A stretch of DNA of 64,000 nt from assembly GCA_017960565.1 (NCBI GenBank), contig JAGCYY010000006.1:36675-100674 (forward strand). The letters are read 5' to 3'. This document shows, piece by piece, positions 27,214 to 35,156 of the stretch (within the stretch, counting starts at the first letter, position 1; the number at the start of each line of letters is the position of its first letter). The DNA comes from a bacterium (GTDB lineage: Bacteria; Bacillota_I; Bacilli_A; Izemoplasmatales; UBA1188). Both the position numbers and the translations under genes were made by a program. The notes beneath the pieces are model-generated. The model saw only the letters and a program-made list of their open reading frames with translations. It ran no database searches and was not told the DNA's origin.

Positions 27214-30063
27214 TTATTTAATTTTCTTTTTTATAGTAAATATATTTTTATCTTCTTTGTATTCATAGCTTACGCTATCCATAGTTTTCTTAACCATGAA
27301 AATGCCAAGCCCACCGATTGATCTTTCTTCTGCGGATAATGTGATATCAGGATTAGCCTTAGAAAGAGGGTTAAATGGCATACCTGAATCAATAAATCTT
27401 ATTGTTGCATATTCATCATCAATAAGTATGCCTACAGTTGCCTCTCCTTCTTTTCCGTTATAAGCATAATGAGCAATATTCACAAAGATTTCTTCTAAAG
27501 CAACCGATATTTGTGTCATAGCTTTCATAGATGCATCAGCTTTTTCTAATTCTTCTGTGATGAAATTAGTTACATTTTCCAGTTCGCTGTCATCAGCTTT
27601 AAATGTTCTTTCTATCATTGGGTTCTTATCTCCATAATATGTGACCATAAGCATTGTGATGTCATCAAATTGATCAGCCTCACCCTTAAAGTTATCAATG
27701 TCCGCTTTAATTCCAAGAAGAGTGTCTTTCATAGAATCATCTTTATGGTTATTTAGATATTCTTTTAATCTATCATCACCATATAATTCTTTTTTGGTAT
27801 TGTTTGCCTCTACAACACCATCTGTATAAAGATATAATTTATCTCCTGGGTTTAAATCTAATTCATATGTTTTATATTTAAGCCCGTTCATTCCACCAAG
27901 AACTAGTCCTGGTCTAGAATTTACATATTCGAATCCGCTATCTTTACGATAAACAAGAGGCGGATTATGGCCAGCATTAGAATATGTGACATGGCCTGTC
28001 TTATAATCTAATATACCCATCCAACACGTCACAAACATACTTGCTTCATTGTTTTTGCAAAGTTCTTCGTTCGCTTCTGTGATGACATCAGCGACTGATT
28101 TTCCTGATTCAGCCATATTTTTGAGTAAAGTCTTAGATCTCATCATGAATAAAGCGGCAGGTATACCTTTGCCTGATACATCTGCGACTAGGAAGGCTAC
28201 AGTTCTTTCACCTACCATATAGAAATCGTAGAAGTCCCCACCAACTTCTTTAGCGGTATCCATTGTTGCATAGATATCAAATTCATTCACGTTAGGGAAT
28301 GGAGGGAAGATAGATGGAAGAGATGCATGTTGAATGTTTTTAGCGAGTGATAATTCATTATCTAGTCTCGCAGATTCTAGCTCTATATAATGTTTAAGTG
28401 TAGAAACGGTAGAATTAATATCATCAGAAAGCGAAGAAAATTCTTCGCTTGTATGAACATCTACAACTGTATCTAAATCTCCGTCGATGATTTTTGATAA
28501 ACTATTGTTTACGTTTCTTATGTTGTTTACTACATATCTCTTAATCAAGAAATAAATATGGAAGAAGAATATTGCGAAGACAATAACTTCCATAAATGAA
28601 TTTATATATGTAAGGGCGTCTCTTGTCGAAAAAGCTTCAGCTTCTGGCATAACTGCGACAATTAAGAAAGATGAAAGTCTTTTGAACATGACAAAAGATT
28701 CTTCTTTTCCTAAAGTTGTCCTAACACAGGTCATTTCTTCTTCTTTTTCCACTAGATTTAAGATATCTTCAAGCAGTTTTTCTTCCAGTACAACTTCTTT
28801 CTGAACATTTTGGTTTTCGTTGTTTAAGACAATATAATAACCTGTGGTTCCTATATGTCTTGACTCAACAAATTTTTCTACTGTGTTTTCAATATGATTA
28901 TCAAATTTTTCTTTATCGTATCCTATTTGAATGAATTCTGTGTCATTAAGTTTTACAGCAGAATATTTTCTATAGATAGATGAATCCATTCCTATTGGCC
29001 CAAATTCTTGTACCATCTCTAACACATCGGATCTATCTAGAATATCCATAAACGCTCTTGATTGATCTGAATCTCGCATATTGAAACTTAAATTTTCAGG
29101 ATGAGTACTTTTGGTGATAGTGCCATCAGCACTTATGACATTTATCTCAGTGATGTCAAATGTATCTTTTAAAGTGTTTAAATCTATTGCGTTGTTGAAT
29201 CTATAGATGTTAACGATTTCGTGATTCTTAACTAATAAAGTTTCGCTTAATTCATCTTCATCAGAATTTTTAGTAATTTCATTTGATATATCATTTATGT
29301 TTGTGGTAAGAAGGTTTTCGTTCTCACGAGTTGCGGTGTTAGTTTCAAGAAAATACACGAAAGTTGTAGTCGCAAAATATGCAAGAACAATCGACACAAG
29401 CAGCCAGATTTGAACTTGTTCAGAGATTTTTTTAGGTCGTTTTTCGCTGTGTCTTATCCTAAATGACATGAAAGTAACGAGCGCGACTGAAAGCATTACG
29501 GCGATAGAATTTACTAAAACCATTGGTATAGTGCATATCTCAACGATTCTTATAGCTTCTAACGGATCGTTTAGATGAGTGACGAATATTAATGTCATAT
29601 GCAAAACTTCCATAACGACACCTGTCGCAAAAGCGAGGCCTAATGAAGGTCTCTTGTTGTCGAACATATATTTTCTGAGTATTGCAGCATAGAATCCGGC
29701 AATTATTGTCGATACAGAGCAAGCGATTTGTGAATACGCCATATCACTTCTCCAAAGAACTGCCAAAAATCTTTCTACTCCACCGATCACTCCGGCTACT
29801 ATTCCAGCTACAGGACCAAAGATTAGTCCAGCAGAAAGTGGCGCTGCATCTCTAACGTTTGCGCTTGCGCCACCAATTGGAACACCAAATTCTGTCCCAA
29901 TAATGGCAATGCCACCAAAAAATATACCTATGATCACTTCTCTTGTGAATCTAGGTATGTTGTTGAAGTTTGTGTGTTTTATCAATTGATGAAAAGCACC
30001 AGATAAAAGAATTGGAGCTAAAGCACATAAAGATAACTGAAGTACTATTGAAAAATCTATCAT
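27214..30063 (-). CDS. Membrane sensor with 5TMR-LYT-type N-terminus, extracytoplasmic segment, HAMP, a PP2C (SpoIIE/RsbU-type) phosphatase and a C-terminal RsbW/SpoIIAB-like HATPase kinase domain
   Basis: 949 aa with GAGGT RBS. aa 1-200: ANVRDAAPLSAGLIFGPVAGIVAGVIGG. TM helices at about 217-238 and 488-508 flank about 245 aa. HAMP-like at about 509-562. PP2C at about 575-810 (EVGGDFYDF, ADVSGKGIPAALFM, LYLYTDGV, DDITML). aa 818-949: EEIFVNIAHYAY, IDSGMPFNP and GGLGIFMVKK (N, G1 and G2 boxes of anti-sigma-type kinases). Confidence 0.8.
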   Translation of the reverse strand: MIDFSIVLQLSLCALAPILLSGAFHQLIKHTNFNNIPRFTREVIIGIFFGGIAIIGTEFGVPIGGASANVRDAAPLSAGLIFGPVAGIVAGVIGGVERFLAVLWRSDMAYSQIACSVSTIIAGFYAAILRKYMFDNKRPSLGLAFATGVVMEVLHMTLIFVTHLNDPLEAIRIVEICTIPMVLVNSIAVMLSVALVTFMSFRIRHSEKRPKKISEQVQIWLLVSIVLAYFATTTFVYFLETNTATRENENLLTTNINDISNEITKNSDEDELSETLLVKNHEIVNIYRFNNAIDLNTLKDTFDITEINVISADGTITKSTHPENLSFNMRDSDQSRAFMDILDRSDVLEMVQEFGPIGMDSSIYRKYSAVKLNDTEFIQIGYDKEKFDNHIENTVEKFVESRHIGTTGYYIVLNNENQNVQKEVVLEEKLLEDILNLVEKEEEMTCVRTTLGKEESFVMFKRLSSFLIVAVMPEAEAFSTRDALTYINSFMEVIVFAIFFFHIYFLIKRYVVNNIRNVNNSLSKIIDGDLDTVVDVHTSEEFSSLSDDINSTVSTLKHYIELESARLDNELSLAKNIQHASLPSIFPPFPNVNEFDIYATMDTAKEVGGDFYDFYMVGERTVAFLVADVSGKGIPAALFMMRSKTLLKNMAESGKSVADVITEANEELCKNNEASMFVTCWMGILDYKTGHVTYSNAGHNPPLVYRKDSGFEYVNSRPGLVLGGMNGLKYKTYELDLNPGDKLYLYTDGVVEANNTKKELYGDDRLKEYLNNHKDDSMKDTLLGIKADIDNFKGEADQFDDITMLMVTYYGDKNPMIERTFKADDSELENVTNFITEELEKADASMKAMTQISVALEEIFVNIAHYAYNGKEGEATVGILIDDEYATIRFIDSGMPFNPLSKANPDITLSAEERSIGGLGIFMVKKTMDSVSYEYKEDKNIFTIKKKIK

Positions 30064-30077
30064 CTATACTACCTCAT

Positions 30078-30374
30078 TTATTCAATAGTTAAAATATCCG
30101 AAAACCCAGTCATATCAAATATTTCTTTAACGTCATCACAAACATTGATAACCTTCATGCAACCATTTGTGTTCATTTGTTTTTGAGACATAAGCATTAC
30201 TCTAAGTCCTGCAGATGAAATATATTCTAATCCGTTAAAATCAAAAATAAGTTCTTTAGTGGTTGGAATAATTTCATTTAATTTAGATTCTAGTTCTGGA
30301 GAAGTTGTAGTATCTAATCTTCCAACTAAAATAACTGTCGATTTGTTTTCATCTCTTAGAATGTCGATTTGCAT
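30078..30374 (-). CDS. STAS-domain anti-sigma-factor-antagonist-like protein
   Basis: 98 aa. VILVGRLDTTTSPELE...LEYISSAGLRVML...EIFDMTGF, with the conserved phosphorylatable Ser context. GAGGT RBS. Confidence 0.85.
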   Translation of the reverse strand: MQIDILRDENKSTVILVGRLDTTTSPELESKLNEIIPTTKELIFDFNGLEYISSAGLRVMLMSQKQMNTNGCMKVINVCDDVKEIFDMTGFSDILTIE

Positions 30375-30483
30375 AAAAGTACCTCGATTGTTGATTTATA
30401 TTCATATGATAACATAAATTATTTTTAAATTAAATATTAAAAATAAATTACCAACTTAGGAGTTTAAATCATTTAAATAAACA

Positions 30484-30517
30484 AACAAAAACACCTACTT
30501 TAAAAGAAAGTAAGTGT
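30484..30517 (-). terminator. Rho-independent terminator after the DegV-family gene
   Basis: ACACCTACTTTA-aaag-AAAGTAAGTGT hairpin (30491-30517), with a T-run on the minus strand (revcomp of 30484-30490). Confidence 0.7.
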
Positions 30518-30542
30518 CTGTTTAAAATATTAATTGCGTTGT

Positions 30543-31445
30543 CTATTCTAGTGGTTCATCTTCTCTTCTCTTCATGAAGAGTCCATAACCAGCTAGGAAT
30601 GGTCCTGTATGACAACCAGTAACAGGAGATGCAACTACATCTTCGTGGTTGCATTTAAGACCTAAACTTTGTTCAAGTTCTTTAAACATGTCTATGGATT
30701 TTTCTCCAGTATAGTTATGCCATAAAAGATAATCTTCTTCTTTTCTATCACCGATAATCTCTTTCATTTTTTCAATTGCCATAGTAGCGCCTTTCTTTAA
30801 ACCAAAGGTTTGAGCAAACGCTTCTAAGACACCTTCTCTTGAAAAATGCATAACTGGGGTTATTTTTAATAATTTACCGGCAAAAGCTTTTCCGCCTTTT
30901 AATCTTCCATTATAGATTAAATAATCTAGTTTACCACAGACACCAATAAATTCTTGGTGAGCTATAGACCAATTTAATTCTTTGATGATGGTTTCTGTAT
31001 CAACACCTTTATCAACTAGTTCTTTAGCTTGAACTGCAAGTAATCCTTCACCAAAACAAGTTGTTTTAGCGTCTATTACTGTAGTCTTTAAAACATCTTG
31101 GAATTCTTTGCTTACGAGTTGAATTGCGTTGAAGGTTCCACCAAGATAAGCGCTTAATGTGATTATTATAGCTTCAGTATAACCTCTATCAACTATTGAT
31201 TGAAATTTCTTTCTTATAGATTCCATCGGTGGAATTGCGCTGTGAGGTAGATGTTCTTTAGGATTTTCTATAACTTCTAATGTTTTAAAGAAATCATAAG
31301 GATTTAAATCTAATCCTTCATAATAATCTTTGTCATTATAATTTACAATAATATGAAATTGTTCGATATCTAATTCTTGATATCTTTTTGGTGCATAACT
31401 GAGGCAACCTGTCGATGTACAACATACTATTCTTTTTTCTTCCAT
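30543..31445 (-). CDS. DegV-family (fatty-acid-binding) protein
   Basis: Start ATG 31445 with GGAGGA RBS 7 nt upstream. LSAYLGGTFNAIQL and VTGCHTGPFLAGYGLF resemble DegV motifs (SS.LSGTY..A; G...G.H.GPG). The N-terminal motif is atypical (CCTSTGCL instead of DS.ADL). Confidence 0.6.
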   Translation of the reverse strand: MEEKRIVCCTSTGCLSYAPKRYQELDIEQFHIIVNYNDKDYYEGLDLNPYDFFKTLEVIENPKEHLPHSAIPPMESIRKKFQSIVDRGYTEAIIITLSAYLGGTFNAIQLVSKEFQDVLKTTVIDAKTTCFGEGLLAVQAKELVDKGVDTETIIKELNWSIAHQEFIGVCGKLDYLIYNGRLKGGKAFAGKLLKITPVMHFSREGVLEAFAQTFGLKKGATMAIEKMKEIIGDRKEEDYLLWHNYTGEKSIDMFKELEQSLGLKCNHEDVVASPVTGCHTGPFLAGYGLFMKRREDEPLE

Positions 31446-31600
31446 TTTAATGTCCTCCATCGCTATCTTAACACAAGTGTTAAAACTTTATATGATAATG
31501 TCATTCTCATATTAAGAGAAATGAATGTATCAAAGAATAGAAATGCAAATAATTGTTTTAACATCGGCTTTTTTGGCTTTTTTTAAGCAAAAAATATAAA

Positions 31601-32479
31601 TTAAATGTTTAAAAGAATTAGTGCAGCAATTATTATTAATGCACCAATATAATCCTTAAATTTTAGTTTTTCTTTAAACATTATTACACCAAAGATTGTT
31701 ACAACTAGGATAGAGCCTACACACAGTGTTGGATAAACAACTTGTGCTGGAATAGTTTCTAGTGCTTTTAGTGTTAAGAATGATGAAAAATAGTTTGGTA
31801 TACCTATTATTAAACCAAATAATAGATCTGTTAAACCTATTTTTTCTCTTTTTATGATTAAGAGGATAAGTGAAAATATGAATGCAGAACCAAATATTGA
31901 AAGTAAGAAGAAACCATTTAGTTCTGGAATAGAGATATGTTTAAAGACGGTTGTCGAAGAATCACATATACCACTGAATAATAAAAATATAACTAGGAGT
32001 AGATATGCTGGGTTGAATGATTTTTTGTCTGAAAGAGGATTCTCGGTGTTTTCTATATCGTCTTTTTTCTTAAAATCAATGTTCATTATGATGATTGCGA
32101 TGACTGATAAAACAATTCCAATTATCTTAAGTGGGGTTGGCAGTTCGTTAAAAAAGATCATCGTTACTATTACTGGAATGATTTTACCAAGTTTAGAAAA
32201 GATGTTTGATAAAATTACTCCGTTTTTTCTTATATTGAATTCATAAAAGAGAAATGTGACCAAAAAGAAAAAACCCATGATTATTCCATACCATAGTGGG
32301 AATGTATATTCTTCTTTCGGTATTGATTCCGATATATTTAAGAAAAATAATGAGCACAGTATGCAGGTAGCATAGTTTGCGAGAAACATCATTGTTTTGC
32401 TTTTCACGCGTCCATTTGAGAGTCTCATCGCAACAGTTATTACTGGTGCTGTCATTATTGCAAAAATTAGATAAACCAT
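31601..32479 (-). CDS. 10-TM membrane protein, probable DMT/EamA-like transporter
   Basis: 292 aa, two-fold repeated 5-TM pattern. No diagnostic motif recognised beyond topology. Confidence 0.4.
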   Translation of the reverse strand: MVYLIFAIMTAPVITVAMRLSNGRVKSKTMMFLANYATCILCSLFFLNISESIPKEEYTFPLWYGIIMGFFFLVTFLFYEFNIRKNGVILSNIFSKLGKIIPVIVTMIFFNELPTPLKIIGIVLSVIAIIIMNIDFKKKDDIENTENPLSDKKSFNPAYLLLVIFLLFSGICDSSTTVFKHISIPELNGFFLLSIFGSAFIFSLILLIIKREKIGLTDLLFGLIIGIPNYFSSFLTLKALETIPAQVVYPTLCVGSILVVTIFGVIMFKEKLKFKDYIGALIIIAALILLNI

Positions 32480-32493
32480 GTTTTAATCCCTGT

Positions 32494-32907
32494 TTATTTA
32501 TTTAAAGATAGATTTTTAATAAATTCAGTTAAATTTTTGATATCATCTTCATTTGGACGATTTTTATTGATTCCTTTAAAACTTCCTTTTGTGTGGAATT
32601 CATCTTCAGATAGATTTATTCCAAGTTTTTTGGTGATGTTTTTCATCTGCGAATATGTTGATTTGATTAATGCTGCACTACTTATGTTAATTAATAGTTT
32701 TATTTTATCTTTGTTTCTATTTAAGAATTCTTTTACATTTTTATCTATTCCAGCATAATAAACGCTGTTTGCTAGAAACAAAATATCCACTTCTTCTATT
32801 AAATCATTTTCTATAGATAGTGCCTCTATTGATAGTTCATTTCCAACTGCCTCGGCAAGTTTTTTAGAATTTCCTGTTTTAGTATAATATCTAACCGCAA
32901 TGTTCAT
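32494..32907 (-). CDS. Flavodoxin-like protein
   Basis: 137 aa. The N-terminus IAVRYYTKTGNSKKLAEAV matches the flavodoxin FMN phosphate loop (T.TGNS/T). Confidence 0.65.
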   Translation of the reverse strand: MNIAVRYYTKTGNSKKLAEAVGNELSIEALSIENDLIEEVDILFLANSVYYAGIDKNVKEFLNRNKDKIKLLINISSAALIKSTYSQMKNITKKLGINLSEDEFHTKGSFKGINKNRPNEDDIKNLTEFIKNLSLNK

Positions 32908-32983
32908 AGTGTTCCTCTCTTTTTTATTTTTATCCTTTTTTATTATACAATAATAAAATATATTTCTTAACGATTATTTATAA

Positions 32984-33014
32984 ATAAAAAACACTGATGA
33001 ACGCATCAGTGTTT
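32984..33014 (-). terminator. Rho-independent terminator of the PadR-DUF1700-DUF4097 operon
   Basis: AACACTGATG-aacg-CATCAGTGTT (32990-33013), followed on the minus strand by TTTTTATTT. Confidence 0.8.
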
Positions 33015-33039
33015 GAAATTATATGACAATAAACGTAAA

Positions 33040-33936
33040 TTATTCTACTCCCTTGACTTCGATAATAATACTTCCTGATGAAGTATTTATTTCACATAAA
33101 GGCCCTGAAGTGTTTGGAACATCTTCTTTTCCGCTTGAAGCATGAGTTCTAAATGTTTTTGGTGTTAATAAATTACCTTTTACAGAACCTGATGATGTTT
33201 TAATATCTAACGTATAGGCATCGCTATCTTTGAATTTAATAGACCCTGATGAAGCTTTGACTTTTAGGTGTCCTAATAATATGTAGTCAGTAAAATCAAT
33301 ATGCCCTGATGAAACACTTATATCTGCGCTTTCGCCTCTTATATGTTCAAACTCAACATGACCAGATGAAACATCGATTGTGGTTGTCTTACTAAATGTG
33401 GTGTTTTTAGCATTTATACTTCCTGAAGATGTTTTAATTATTGAATCCCCATTCACAATGATTTTATCGATGTTGATGCTTCCTGATGAAGCTTTTAAAT
33501 CCATGGATTCAAATTTTAAGTCACCGCCCATATTGATGCTTCCGCTGCTAACATTAATGGTTAATTTATTATATACATTTGTAGGTAGATATAGTGTAAC
33601 GCTTAAACCACCGTTATATCCGAACATTTTTTCAAAAAATTGTAAGTTATCAATTTGTTTTATAACTAATGTATCTTCTGATATAGTAACCTCGTGATAA
33701 AGTTTTTCTTTTTCTACACATTTAATTGAACATTTATCATCTTCTGAAGCTTTTATTTCAATTTTAGATGAAAATGTTTTAATGTTGATGTTGGAAAATG
33801 CTTCATCTATAGTGTGTTCGTTTTCGATGGTTTCTACTTTATAAGAGCCGTCTGATGCAGCTTTTATAACTAAAGCACCACCAATGACCGCTAATATAAT
33901 TGCAATAATTAATAAGCTAATAATCCATTTTTTCAT
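33040..33936 (-). CDS. DUF4097-family beta-strand-repeat protein (putative adhesin fold), N-terminal membrane anchor
   Basis: At least seven repeats of SSGSI/SSGH(V/I) spaced about 20 aa apart, plus one N-terminal TM helix. Confidence 0.75.
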   Translation of the reverse strand: MKKWIISLLIIAIILAVIGGALVIKAASDGSYKVETIENEHTIDEAFSNINIKTFSSKIEIKASEDDKCSIKCVEKEKLYHEVTISEDTLVIKQIDNLQFFEKMFGYNGGLSVTLYLPTNVYNKLTINVSSGSINMGGDLKFESMDLKASSGSINIDKIIVNGDSIIKTSSGSINAKNTTFSKTTTIDVSSGHVEFEHIRGESADISVSSGHIDFTDYILLGHLKVKASSGSIKFKDSDAYTLDIKTSSGSVKGNLLTPKTFRTHASSGKEDVPNTSGPLCEINTSSGSIIIEVKGVE

Positions 33937-33943
33937 AAACTTC

Positions 33944-34519
33944 TTAACTCCTTGTGACTATTTTCTTTTTAATTGACAAAGCAATTTTTTTAGAGAGTTT
34001 AATTGTAAATTTTGTTGAAGCTATACATGCAAATAATGTAAATATTGCTAAACTCAAAGATAAGATTGAATATCCGATATATATAGTTTCATAACCTAGT
34101 GATAAGTAACCGATTAAGAAATAGATACTCCCACCAATAAAACTTATTTCTAAAGAGTAAGCAACTATCACTAATACGAAGATAAGAATATAAGCAACTA
34201 GGCATAGAGTAAAACCTAGTATTATTAATGGTAGCCAAATTGGAAAACCTAATATTATTAATGCAATTTCTATTGGTTTAATATTTCTCTTAGGTATAAC
34301 TTTCTCTTTAACAAGTTTTATGAATGGTGTGTCTTTAGCAATCTCAGATACTACTTCATCTACTGAACCTATTTCTTTTACTGCTTCCTCTTCTGTTTTC
34401 CCTTCTTCTATTTTGTCATCAATGATTTCACTATAAAACTCAATGCGATCTCTTATGTCTTCTTTTGGAAGACCACCAAGTCTATTTTCTAATTCTTTTA
34501 AAAATTTTTCTTTATTCAT
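33944..34519 (-). CDS. DUF1700-family membrane protein
   Basis: Start ATG 34519 (MNKEKFLKELENRLGGLPKEDIRDRIEFYSEII), forming an ATGA overlap with the padR stop. C-terminal TM helices. Confidence 0.7.
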   Translation of the reverse strand: MNKEKFLKELENRLGGLPKEDIRDRIEFYSEIIDDKIEEGKTEEEAVKEIGSVDEVVSEIAKDTPFIKLVKEKVIPKRNIKPIEIALIILGFPIWLPLIILGFTLCLVAYILIFVLVIVAYSLEISFIGGSIYFLIGYLSLGYETIYIGYSILSLSLAIFTLFACIASTKFTIKLSKKIALSIKKKIVTRS

Positions 34520-34827
34520 TGGTTTTCCTCCATAATAAATGAATAGACATCCATAAGTTCTTTCCATTCGTTCTTGAAATCTTCTATTCTTTTTAACCCT
34601 TTTTCTGTTATGTGGTAATATTTTCGGATTCTTCCGTCATGAATAATTGTCCTTACCACGAGCATATGAGTTTCTTCTAATCTTTTTAAGATGGTATAAA
34701 GTGTAGATTCAGATAGTTCTAAAACAGGTTTAACATCTTTGATGATTTTATAACCATATGAATCTTCGTTCTTTATAGCGGTTAAAACACAAACATCTAG
34801 AATTCCTCTTTTTAACTGAGCATCCAT
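34516..34827 (-). CDS. PadR-family transcriptional regulator
   Basis: 103 aa. LDVCVLTAIKNEDSYGYKIIKDV...STLYTILKRLEE is the PadR winged-helix signature. Confidence 0.88.
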   Translation of the reverse strand: MDAQLKRGILDVCVLTAIKNEDSYGYKIIKDVKPVLELSESTLYTILKRLEETHMLVVRTIIHDGRIRKYYHITEKGLKRIEDFKNEWKELMDVYSFIMEENQ

Positions 34828-34828
34828 A

Positions 34829-34868
34829 AATACCTCGCCTTTCGTAATACATCATATCACGAGGTATT
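34829..34868 (-). promoter_or_regulatory. Leader inverted repeat able to sequester the padR RBS (or a PadR operator)
   Basis: AATACCTCG (34829-34837) and CGAGGTATT (34860-34868) are perfect 9-nt complements. The left arm contains the GAGGT RBS of padR on the minus strand. Confidence 0.4.
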
Positions 34869-34936
34869 GTGTTTGTAAATTGTTTTTTAAAAGAAATTTA
34901 AGAAATTAAGATATATTATATGAATAATTGGTTAAT

Positions 34937-34961
34937 AAAAAAGGCTTAAAAGCCTTTTTTT
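34937..34961. terminator. Bidirectional terminator
   Basis: AAAAAAGGCTT-aaa-AGCCTTTTTTT. Confidence 0.7.
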
Positions 34962-34971
34962 GATAAATCAT

Positions 34972-35067
34972 TTACCACGAAACTGCACATTATTTTTAGC
35001 TTCTCACCACGAAACTGCAAACATTTTTGCTTGTTTTACCACGAAACTTCTTATATAAATAACAGAG
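34972..35067. repeat. Three tandem direct repeats with an exact 32-bp period (core ACCACGAAACTGCA)
   Basis: Cores at 34974-34987, 35006-35019 and 35038-35048 (third copy ACCACGAAACT then diverges). Non-coding, between two terminators at the left edge of the high-GC module. An inverted partial copy TTTCGTG lies at 35108-35114. Confidence 0.8.
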
Positions 35068-35094
35068 TTTTAATGTAGAAAAGTCTTAATAATT

Positions 35095-35129
35095 AAAAAT
35101 CAGCATATTTCGTGTTGAGCATTGTGCTG
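35095..35129 (-). terminator. Probable terminator of the epimerase-family gene
   Basis: The minus strand reads CAGCACA-15 nt-TATGCTG followed by ATTTTTAATT (6/7 stem). Confidence 0.5.
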
Positions 35130-35156
35130 TTTAGTTAGGATCTTCTTTGATATAGA

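Noticed and set aside
34972-35067. Possible miniature CRISPR array
   Set aside because: The conserved core is only 14 nt with a 32-bp period. There are only three copies, no cas genes and no palindromic repeat structure.
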